42,350 nt of DNA from Phoronis australis (taxonomy: Eukaryota > Animalia > Phoronida): assembly GCA_002633005.1 (NCBI GenBank), contig NMRA01001077.1, forward strand, positions 16,914 through 59,263. The letters are read 5' to 3'. Each line of letters starts with the position of its first letter. Position 1 is the stretch's first letter. Made by a program: the position numbers and the translations under genes. Below are positions 11,101-23,100 of the stretch, one piece after another. The notes under the pieces were generated by a model. That model saw only the letters and a program-made list of their open reading frames with translations. It did no database searches and was not told the DNA's origin.

Positions 11101-14100
11101 GCCACCACATTTGTAAGGAAAGCTATAACCACTCCCAAGTCAAGAAAATGGATCAACCCGACATATTTGTAGGGATGGATCAACTAGTAATGGTTTTAGA
11201 CCTGTCCCTAATGAACCAAATTCCCGTCACATGTAACTTTATGCTCCCTGGAATTTGACCCACTTAGGAAGCACATACCGCTATAACCACTCCCAAGTCT
11301 ATATTCTACATTTCATGAAACAATAGTATCCTTGGGAGGATCTGGATCGCCTTATTTAGTTTTCAGATATATTTTATATTAAGAAATTCATGGGAGAAAA
11401 GAAATGCCACCAGATTCATACATCCTTGTAATGCCTTTATTACAATACCTTTGCTTGAAAACACACACAGTTACACACACGCCAAAACACACACATGGAG
11501 ATGTGATTTCAGAATCTTATGTCCATTCCAACATGGATTGTTAATAACTTTTACTTTACCTGTTTCAGCGGTTGTTATATCCATAACCTTTGCTACTGAT
11601 TGAAAGGACATATCATTAACTACTGTGACTTCAACATCATACCGCCAGAATACATATTGACAACCACGTCTCTGAAAGGAGTTAGACAGGGAGACCCAAT
11701 TTCACCTAAACTGTTTACACTGACAATGGAAGAAATCTTCAAATCTTCAGACCTTCAAAGGGGAGTAAACATAGACGGAGAACATCTAACACACCTAAGA
11801 TTTGCAGATGATGTTGCCTTGTGCACAGAAGACATAATACAATTAGAAACAAATTTAAATGTACTGAATGAAGAAAGCAACAATGTGGGATTAAAGATAC
11901 ACAAGGACAAGACAAAGTACATGACAAATTTTGAAAAAGATGAACAAGTAATGGTGGAGAACAAGATCATTCAGAGAGTCACACAATATAAATACCTCGG
12001 ACAAATTATACAAATGGGAAACCGTATGACCAATGAAATACAAATCCGAATAAGAGCTGGATGGAGTTGCTTTGGAAAAAACAGAGAAATATTCCAAGAT
12101 AAGAACATACCCATATCCCTGAAAAGAAAAGTATTTGACCAGTGCATCATCCCCACAATCACTTATGGATGCCAAACATGGACCTTAACAAAACAGATAA
12201 TTGCCAAGCTAAGAACAACACAGAGAGCAATGGAGAGAAAATGCTTGGAATAAAGTTACTAGACAGGATTCCACACACAGAGATAAGGGAACAAACAGGA
12301 GTCATGGACTTAATCAAGACAATTCTGAAATTGAAATGGAGGTGGGGCGGACACGTCGCCAGAGCACAGGACAACAGATGGACAAAAAGATGCAGAGTGG
12401 CAACCCAGATATGGAAAGAGATCAAGAGGACGACCCCAAGCCAGACGGAGAGATGACATCGCGAAGACATGAGGCACAACGTGGATGAGAGCGGCAAGAG
12501 ACAGAACAAATTGGTAAGCACTTTCGGAGGGCTACATCCTGCAGTAGATGGACAATGCCTAGAGTCAGAGTCAGAGTCTAAAACCATACAGACACCTATA
12601 AATTGGAGACAAAATAAATTCTTACCTCCCCTGTGGCCACTCACTATTAATTCACTGTCACAAGTTAATAAACCTTTACCTGTTTGAGCAGTTGTTATAG
12701 TTCTATCCATCTCTTGTGATTGCAAGGACATATCATTAACTGCTGTGACTTCAACATCATATTTGATGTAAGCATCAAGGTCTCGCAGTGTGTGAGATCT
12801 GGACTGAGTTGTCTGTGCTTGACCCCATGCAGTGTCAGAGTTCTTTTTAAATACAATGCGATACTCCAGAATTGAGTTACAGTTTACTGAAGTTGGAGCC
12901 TGAAATGGAAAAACTGAAAAAGAAGTATTTGGAAAAAGAAAAAAGGACAAAATTACTGCAATTAATTCAATGCACTTTGTTTACATGAAGTGAACCATAA
13001 TGCATGCTGTATATATGTAAGAGTTTAGTGAGCTATCAGTGACTCTTGAAGTAACACAGATGTTTTGTAAAGTAAAGTTTCACCAAAGTAATACTTACAT
13101 CCCAAGTAAGTGTTAGAGTGGCTTTTGTAGAACTACCTTGTCGTACTGATGTACCAGCCAAGTTTTGTACAGGAGAGGGCCCTAAGTAAAAACAAGTGAA
13201 CAAATTAAGCAGTGGTTAACTTTCCAAATGAACTAAGTTTTTACAAACATTCTACAAAACAACGTACAATCTTATGACTAAGTGATGACCTTAAAGCTGA
13301 TCAGGGTAACCTTTTATGTATTCTAATCTCTAAATCAAAAAACCTGCCTTATGAACACAGGCATTGAACTGACAGAATTACTACACATTGGTAACAGCAA
13401 TTCTATTGTTCAAGAGTTTATTCAGTTGTTACAAAACAGATCACTTTATTAATGAAATAAGGTTTGTTCAAATTTATAAATTACACAGAAATATCTGACA
13501 AGGCGTAGCTGTACAAACTTTCAAGAAAGCAAAAGACAAGCCTTGGCAGGGGGCATATAGGAAACATTTTGCTCACAAGGGTGACTATTTTACAACCATA
13601 TTCGCCTCCAAAAAACAGGGCTTGGAATGACCCGTGACAAAAAAGCGGAAATTTTTACGGCCTGAGACATGCGCGCACCCAGCCTTGAACATGGGCTCGG
13701 ATGGACCTTTTACCGACAAAACATTGGGAGGACTAAAATAAAAGCTACCACCTCCAGGAACGTGCATCTGCGTGTTATTAGCTCGTCCGTCCACTGTCTA
13801 CTCCCGCCTCCACACATTTTTGGCTGCAGAGTCGTAGTATTTGTCACCGCGATTTACAATCTCACTAGGCAATGACCATCGCCTCTGTTGGCCCGACCAG
13901 AGGCGATGCAGCTCCAATAGGCGCTCCATACGCCCGAAGCTTTTCGGCGAATTATGCCTCGCACTGGCTAAAGCATGAAAGTCATATATGTTATAAATAC
14001 CTTTTGTGCATAGAGGAACACCTTAGGAGGTTGTCCATGTGTTTAATTCCTTCCAACTCGAACAAATACTCCCGTTATCAAACTTTTTCTTCGAGCAGTC

Positions 14101-17100
14101 CCTATTTCAGTTCCCAAAATCATGAACTCGACATTTTCACTCGGCGCACGCCAAGAGATATGACCTCATTCTTTTAACTAGGCCGAAGGTCAGAAGTTGC
14201 GGTCCTACCAGCTAACTTTGAAAGCTGAAGTCCCCGCCCTTAGCGTACGTGCTTACGGGAACCAGCCGTGCATTTGCCATGTTGTTAAACATTAAAATGT
14301 CAAATATGTGCACAAAGACTATTAAATGTCATATCAACAACATTTATTTTTATCAAATACAAACAATAATTCATTGAAATACAATCAGTTTCAAGTAACG
14401 CCAATTAAAGACAAGTAGTGGTGGCATTTTGGAAACGAACATTTGACTGACAAGACTGCAATGGCTCACCTTTGGCCTATTTAAAGATTGAGGTCATGAA
14501 GTCATATCACCTAGCGAGCACGGTAAAAATTGGAGCATGCGCAGTATAAAAATGGTGAGTTCACGATTTTGGGAACTGAACGAGTGACTGCTCGAACAAA
14601 AAGTTTGATAACGGAAGTATTTGTTCGAGTTGGAAGGAATTAAACACACCACCAACCTCCTAAGGTGTCCCTCTGAACGCAAAAGGTATTTACCGTAAAT
14701 GTTCGGGTTAACGCCCATGTTAAGTTAACCGCCCACCCCCTACTTTAGGTAGATTTTCATTTTAACCGCCCACTGCTCAGTTAACCACCCCTCTGCGATT
14801 TTTGAAGATTTCCAGTTAAGCGCCCACCTCTCGGTTAAGCGCCCATCCCCCACCTTTTAATATTGAAGATCTAGCGCCCAGTGTTAGAAAACGCGCATTC
14901 CCGACTTTCAGATACAGATGATGATCACAACCAGCGCAACGGGATGGCGGTTTGGCAATGTGAATTACAATACAAGTAACGAATTATTGTCCCGGGTCAT
15001 GGACTTACTTCAAAATATAATACTTGCACGTTTTTGTCACTTTATTTTCTTCCCATGTTTGCATACCCCGCCAGCGTCAATACCTCCGCTTTCAGTGACG
15101 CTGTCTGCTGCACTGAGTTTCCGTCTGCAGTGCACTAGATAAAACATATATTCGATATAATTTGGCCAGAGAAATGTGACATGGTTTTGCCAACCCTCCA
15201 AATTCTCTTTTGGTGGAAAGCTCTTGTATTTTGAAGAATTAATTCCCATAACTCACGGAAAGATGTCAAATTCTCCCTATTTTGATGAATGTTATTTCCA
15301 GGTTATCGAGGATGTGTGGCGATCAAAGGGACAGTGTGCCTCACTGGGTTAATTTGCTGCCTCTCGATTTCTGAGTTCAAAGGTTGGCAATACGCCACTG
15401 TATGTTTGTGTATCATCTTGAAGTAATAAAAAACTTCTGGTCAAATTTTGTTTTTTGCTTATTGCATCTTAATCAAACCGCCGTTAGCAGATTTAACTAA
15501 TGTTGCTTGCTGTTCTTTACTATGATTTCTTGGGTCAACCCCCGCCTGACTGTGCAGTGTGAATTATCACTTCCTTATTCCCTTTTTAGCTATCCAGAAT
15601 AATTTTGTTTCTACATTGGCCAGTTTCATTCTGAACAAAATTCTTACCATTCGAGCCTGAAATATCTACAACGCAGACTGACTGAAAATTGGCGATAGTT
15701 TATGTGGTAGGAGGTGCACGCAGCTAGCTACAGGCACGGCACACTCGGGATTAGGGAAGATCGAGTCAGAAAATATCGAAGTAGACTTGACATCGCAATT
15801 TTGGAGGACACTGCAATGGAGGAATATCGTAAAGCACTGGGTCTTTCCTAACAACAGCATAAAAGTACAGCGTCACGCTGGTTTCTTTTACTTAGGATTG
15901 TCGCTGTTCTCTTTTGATGTGTAACTTTGTAGTGGTGCACGCGCGTAAGTTCCCACACTGAGTGCATGTTACCTTGACACCAACACATGATTGACAGGTT
16001 ACTCATACGTAGGCCCTACGTGTGTGCTGAATCCTGCCACTATCTTTGGCCATTAAAAACGAGACGCATATTGAAAGAAGCCGTTATATTACTTGACGGC
16101 CTTTCCAAGTCAAGATTGCCAGCCGGGACATTGTATGCAAACAGCGGGACCGACCAGTGACGCAGTGCGATAGTGTAGGTGATATTATAATAGGATATAA
16201 CTTGGCTGGCGCAAAAAAATAACACAGCAAACGTCAAGTTTATTAATTTGCCCCGGTAACTAAAATTATACGGATGAAAAAAGATTTAAATGTGTGCAGT
16301 TTTAGTGTTTGGGGGGGCTCAGATCCAATTTCAAGTGTCAAATTCGGAACATGGCGCATTCGTAACGGAACTATGGCTAAGTATAAGCTCTCCCTCGATA
16401 TCCCAGGTGACCGGCAGTGGCGCTGCGCACTCCGACTCCATTTCCATCGTCTGCTCCACTGTGCAATGGAGAAAATTTACTTCATTTTTTAAAGAAAATG
16501 GAACCTGAGTGACGATGAAAAAACAAGCAGCTAGTAAGATGTGAATTTTAATCGACGCCTTAGTGAATCACTCAGAAACTCATTAATTCTCTCTTTGTCA
16601 AGCCTTAACTTAAGACGATTTCAAATCAATCCCGTCATTATTGCCAACACGAAAAACGGATTTAGTCTTTTGAGCATTTGAAGACTATTTTAAATACAAC
16701 AAATTTGTTAAGAATTGATGGCACAAAATATAAAACGTGTAATAAGCATAACAAAAAGAAGTAGGTTTCGCGCGCAAACGCTGTGGACCATAAACAAGTA
16801 GGTCTCTTAGTGTTAGGTTAGTAGTGATATCGTGGTGGTGTAGTGGTAAAGCACGCGCGTCCTATCAGCCAGGTCGTTAGTTCGAGTCTGTGAAAGTCGC
16901 GTTTTCTTTTTTCCTTTTTTTCTTGGATAATACATCAGAAATCAAGGAAAATGCTTGATTTTTAGAGAAAAAAACAGAAAAATTTCCTGGGCGGGAGGGG
17001 GGTTTGCCCCCCTCTCGACCTCCCCCCATTCGGTGCTATGCGCATCTACAATCGTGGTTTGCGCAAATGCTTACAGCCGGACAAGATGTTGGCCCCCCCT

Positions 17101-20100
17101 TGTGATATCCTAGATCTGCCACTGTATAATCTGGACATCTTGCATGTAAAATAAATATAGATTATTACATGTTCTCAGTCGTTATCCCCCTTATCTAGAG
17201 CCCGAGTGGATTTTGGAGAATTATCGCCCGAACGAGAAACATTGCAATGAATCGATCTACCTTTCTCGACTCGCCTCGGCTTTGTTACTACTTTCTATGT
17301 CACAGGCCCGGGGTCGGAGGTCGTGACCTTTTAAGAAAAGCCGAGATATTTTTGTAAAATAATGCTTTTACTCAAAACCAATTGAAAAATAAAACAAAAT
17401 GGAAATTAAGTGAATCTATAAATTAAGGTTTAGCAACTATTATAGCTTACTACACATTTTATCACGCTAAGCTTCGACCAGGAATATATCGTCTGCTAAA
17501 GTAGGTTACCATTAGTAACTGACTATAATGCTCAAGTCAAAGGATCCCGACCACACGACACCTGCATTCAAATTGGAGATCGGTGATTTACAAGTGAGAG
17601 AACACGAAAGAAAAATTTTACTGAATTAAAATATCGTTTTTATGGAAATTATGCGTCTTATTTTTTAGCGTGCAATGCCCTTTGCTGAACATGCGATTGT
17701 TGCACGTGCTCATATAAGTATTCTATTTTCACGTTTGATGACGTCAGCCGCTGAGTAGTGTAGTGGTAAAGTCGGCGACTCGCAACTGATGAGGCGCGGG
17801 TTCGATTCCGGCCTCGGATTCCCGTCAAAATGTTATCTCACAAGTGAGATAACTTTATGGATTATTACACGGTTGTATCTGCCATTCAAGGTTAATATTG
17901 TGGTATAAATAAGTTTTTCACCACAAAATTGGGTAAGGTAGTCGTTTAAGAATAAATTGGAACACCGCTGTTTTGTTGTGACCTTTTATCACATATTTAA
18001 GCCGTGGTTCGAACTTTTCTTCTTGATTGACGTCTCACTCATGTCCGCTTGAAATCCAAGTGGAGCGCTGTGTGGTCACTGGTCGTCTGCGCACTACAGT
18101 TCTAACAAGCTAACAAGACTGCAGGATGGCACGGGTCTATCACTCAGTAATTTTTAAAATTTAATTGTGAATGACTAATCTGAGGGCAACAGAACCTTTG
18201 TTGGGATCATCCGCTGTTATGAAGTTTTTACAGTCATTTGGCAACGTGACGATAAAGCGCTTTGAAAAGTGCTACACGTTCCCGAGTGTGTCTGTGGTGT
18301 GGGTACTCTGATCACGAGGTAAGATTAACCACCCAGGGTGGTTGCCTGTCGTAATAAGCGCCCACGTTCGGTTAACCGCCCACCCTGGATTTCTTGAAAT
18401 TTCACATTTAAGCACCCATGTCTGGTTTACCGCTCACCCCCGAATTTTTGGGTTTGCCAATTTAACTGCCCAGGGCCTTAACCCGAACGTTTATGGTATA
18501 ACAACGTGACTTTCATGCTTTAGCCAGTGCGAGGCCTAATTCGCCGAAAAGCTTCCGACGTGTGGAGCGCCTATAGGAGCTGCATCACCTCTGGTCGGGC
18601 CAACAGCGGCAATGGTCATTGCCTACAATCTCACGAGACGCCATTGAGGAAAACCACGCTATCCCAGGTTACCCGGCAATGATGACAATTTACGTTCCCC
18701 CAAAACATAAAGAGCAACTTCCGCTTTTCAAGGTGAAAGTCGTCGGCAACGCTGCAGTAAGAAAGAAATTTGCCGCTGAAATTTCATATCAAATCCGATT
18801 TTTTTTTTATGCGGAAATATAATAAAATAAGCCGACAGAACATTTGAATATGCGGAAATCTGCGTTTCAGCGGAAAATTCCAAGCCCTGAAAAGAACACC
18901 TTTTCTGATCAAATTCCCTAAAAATCTTAGGTTCTGTGTTTGAACTCTAGAAAAGCCCACATTTACAACAGAACTCTGTTGAAAAGGTTAAAATTTTATT
19001 GAGGCTTGTTGTGTTGCAAGAAAACAGTAAGTCCAAATTGTTGTTAATTCAATTATAAATAAAAGATCATTTTATTGGATTTTAACTGATACAAAAGGAT
19101 TATGTAAAGGAGAACTATGGAAGGGCCGTGTCTCCAAACAAATGGGTGCCATTTAATTATGCTCACTCTCTGAAGGTCTGTGCACTCTAATTTCACAGTG
19201 GCATTCACTGCCACAAAAATATGTGGAGTAAGTAATGCAACAAAACAAGCAAGACAGACAGAGAGTAAAGGTGAATTCTATAGAAGGCAACTTACTTGTA
19301 CAAAACATTATGCTTTTAAGTGAAGTCCACTCAATAATACCATCAGCATAAACTACTTGACCTTTGAACTTGTATAACCCTGCAGTTGTTAGTTCTATTT
19401 CACGGTGTACACCATTCGACAATATGTTAGGAGTTATTTCACCTCCTACTTGACTCCATGAAGTTGATGTTTCCAGTCTATACTGTACAACAAACTTTGT
19501 GGCAGTGGGTAAGTGTGTGCGAACTGAGGGCCACGCCTGGAAGGTCAAGGTCACCTTGTTGTCAGACTGCGTCAATGTTGAAGACTGCCACCAGTGATCT
19601 GAAAAAATAGGCTTCAAATGATAGATGTTTTGTCACAAGATCTCCTCACAGCGTTATCTTTAACAATAACCTTGTTCATAAACAGAGCATCTCAATTACA
19701 CTTAACAACAATATCAGGGCCCAGTCTCCAATCTCCGTACTCAGACTCATACTCATACTCGAGATTTCATACTCAAAATCGTGCTCACTGGAGTCATACT
19801 CAAAAACGTATCTAATGTCGCATTTCGAGTTGACTCCAAACGTACTCAAATCTGACACTCATACTCGAGTTGCTATGGAACTCTATATGATGTGAAATGC
19901 AAAATCACGCAAAGCCGCGCTGATTCATTGCTCCCTATTGGAATAGACCACCCCAGGAACTAGGCCTGCATTATCGTCTGCTGTCCCTACAACTACAAGA
20001 GTATGTCTATAACGTGGAATTCTGAGTGTTCTGTAACTATTATTCATTTTTTAGTTTCAATAAATATTCTTATGCCATTTCTTTGATACATTTGGCAATT

Positions 20101-23100
20101 ATTAAGCTTTACTTCTTGAGTTCCTCACCCAGTCCCGAAAATGTCTTAAGAAATATGTAACAGCTTATCACATCACATCTCTGTTGCTAATTTAGTCTTG
20201 ACATAAAACCCATTGCTGTGTAGGCCTACGCTGATGTCAAACTTTGATACTGTATCTTTGTATTTTACCGGGATGTATCAAGTGAGTTGACATTTGGCAC
20301 GTGAGTTAAAAAACAATACTTGTGCAGGCATTCAGAGTTCACCAGTGGCAGTGAACGGGACGAGACGTCTACTTAGAAATCGGCAAACAAAATCTGGAAT
20401 TCCATTTGGGGATTGAGGAATTATAGATGACTAAGTTATGATGAGAAATGTACCTGACAGGGAAGCGAACTTTTTTTAACTTCCCTCCCCTCCTCGTCTT
20501 TTGGAAACCCTACAAAACGTAGGCACACATACCGAAATAAGGGCAGCACAAACTTCTCACACGACTTTTCCCACAACTGCTTTCGACGCTTGTTATGACT
20601 CGCCGACAAGGGATTACAATGCGCCTGTTGCCAGGAATTGTAGAGGTAGAATGGCGGCCATAACATACAGTGATACGGCGGGTTAATAAGGTGAAGACTA
20701 AGAAGATTAAAGATGAAAACTATTATCTCTGAACTCAAATTGAAGTGCTGAGATACGGTAAGAGGACTTATTTTTTTAGATTTGCTGTGTCTCTTGGTTC
20801 CCTTTCGATATTTTGTTCTCTGGCTCGTATTTATTTTCGAGCACGATTTCAAGCACACTGCCATACCAAACTTGAAATTTGAGCACAGACTCCAAATTTT
20901 TACTCAAAATCGTACTCGAAATATAGATGAGATACACTTCAGTTCGAGTACACTCGAAAACTGAGTACGTGCTCGAAATTTTGAGTACAGGTTTTTCGAG
21001 TATGACATTGAATACACCAAAGCTGTGTCTGTACTCGAGTTGAGAATGATTCGAGTCTGACTACGGAGATTGGAGACCGGGCCCTGGTTTGTTAGAGCCT
21101 ACCTTCATCATAGCATAAAAAACTTGAAAAAATAATCCAAAACATTCATTACTCAAAGCAACAATAAGAACCCTTGTTTGCAGATTTTTTCCTATAAAAA
21201 CTTTTCAGACAAGATGCATGCTACGCCTGGCGACCTGCCGTGTGGAAAATCATTGAAATAGTTGAAATTAGTACCAAATCTATCCATTGTGCCCGAGTTT
21301 TTTATAGCTTACAATCAGTTTTGAACTATAAATGAATTCAGCAAACACATAGAACACAGTTTGGAAATTTTAATCCACCGACTGGTAACCAGGGAGAAGT
21401 TAAAAATCATCAATTTTATAATGCAAATACACTTAATTATTATACTTTCTGTCAAAATAAGTTTTGATTTAGACCACAGCAAATGACCAGAAATTTTATG
21501 AGTTGATGAGTTTGGTCTGAAGTAATGATAAACTGTCAGTAGTGTTTGCCTTAATCATAAACAATGCAAACATGAATATTGAATATTATTTTTTAAAAGG
21601 ACTCCAATCAATGAAAAACTGATTTTACATTTATCTCATCCTGCTTCAGTTAACTTTTCAAAATTTCGTTTGATAAGTGTTCTAACAGGCACAGTTTCAG
21701 CTAGAGGCTCTATTGGAAATTTTGAGTACGTAGACGATACTATACATCTGAAATGACATGCAGTTTCAACAGCACTTTACAAAATAACCTACTTCTTGAA
21801 TCAACTAAAGCCTGCATGGCAGGCACGCGTGATGTTGAACTGATGGGCACAGTGTAAGTCTGGCTGTTTGTGAGCGATCCATCAAACAATTCCTTGTCAT
21901 ACATGGTGCCGGGGGTCACATGACTACAGCAACTGTCACCGCCATCTTTGACACGGATCACAATGGATCCTGTATTACTGGCGTAGTGATACCCCATGAC
22001 ATCACCTTGCTTTACTTGAACAGCATTAGTCAGACGCATCTCTTGTTCACCTGAAAATACACAACAAAAAGACACATACCATATATTAACCAGTACTAAT
22101 GAAAGAATAAAATCTTTCTAGCAGAGTCACAACATATCAATATGGCATGCTCTTCACATACATTTGAGTACAGATACATACTTATTAGGCTTAATTACAT
22201 GGACGTTTAGCCAAATCATATTGGCAGGAAATTCACTATGTTTTGAATGGGAATGAAGGAACAAGATGCCTTGTGCAAACACAACAGCCCTTAGAATTCA
22301 GAGTTCCACATGCACTGTCAGGCCATGTCTGTGATGCCTGATGATACCTATTTATGTCAAATGTTGCATTTATACATGACATGAAATGATCTCCACATTA
22401 CGGCGTTTTCCCGTTGCTCCCAACTTGTTCGATTCTATAGCCCAACAACAAGTTGGGAAATTTACCCGTCGCCAATATACCTCGATTCCATCCAAAAACA
22501 GGAAGATAGCACTATCTCACAAATAGATGCCTATGTTTAAAATTTTATGAAAATCAGTAGAAGACCTTTGAAGATACAGACTCAACATAAAAAACTAAAA
22601 TTGCCACTAGGGGGCACACCAGTAGTCAGATCCGTTCGAAAGACATCGCCGTCTGTTGTCAACATCATATAATTACACTTGCTAAATTAAGTATAGATCC
22701 TGCACACGGTTTAGGAGATACAGCCATGACAATAAAAAACTACCACTAGGAGGCGCCACAATAGTCAAAGTCATCAGACAATCATTGTCAGTCGTCCACT
22801 TCATAGTAAAAACATACATGCCAATTTTCACAATCATCCTTAGAACGGTTTGGTTGATGGAGGAGTGGACACCAAAAAACAGACTCGAAAACAGTAAAAA
22901 TGGCCACTAGGTAGCGCAGACTACATCGAATCCATTTAAAACCAAGACGATAGCGTCATCTCACTAATAGATGCCCATGTGCCAAATTTTATGAAAATAC
23001 GTTGAGGACCTTTCAAGATATAGAGGTAAACGTAAAAAACTAAAATTGCCACAAGGGTGCACATCGGTAGTCGCATCTGTCCGAAAGTTTGCTCATGCCA

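Larger units (their letters stand above)
14693..18496. mobile_element. Tc1/mariner-superfamily (pogo/Tc2-like) non-autonomous element
   Basis: TIR CCGTAAATGTTCGGGTTAACGCCC versus CCATAAACGTTCGGGTTAAGGCCC (21/24). TA TSD. Subterminal TAA(C/G)CGCCCA repeats. The empty site is visible at 38394-38410. Confidence 0.85.
13866..18625. mobile_element. Foldback/MULE-like non-autonomous element with ~330-bp TIRs
   Basis: TIRs begin TAGGCAATGACC. Left arm is 13866-~14190; right arm is ~14466-14692 plus 18499-18625. 9-bp TSD CAATCTCAC at 13857-13865 and 18626-18634. Confidence 0.85.
13616..18889. mobile_element. hAT-like MITE (~500 bp of own sequence), outermost layer of the nest
   Basis: Perfect 13-bp TIR CAGGGCTTGGAAT; GCGGAAA motifs near both ends; no convincing 8-bp TSD. 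Confidence 0.7.

Noticed and set aside
11600-11671. N-terminus of the 217-aa RT ORF as a real RT gene start
   Set aside because: It is antisense of the duplicated FN3 exon plus filler. RT similarity begins at KGVRQGD and the element is truncated and frameshifted.
13872-14177. Similar ORFs at 13872, 14494 and 38269 as a small gene family
   Set aside because: They are translations of the TIRs of one non-autonomous transposon, and the frames are not conserved between copies.
17751-17817. Functional tRNA gene
   Set aside because: The anticodon arm does not form a 5-bp stem with a 7-nt loop and the acceptor pairing is short; kept only as tRNA-like.
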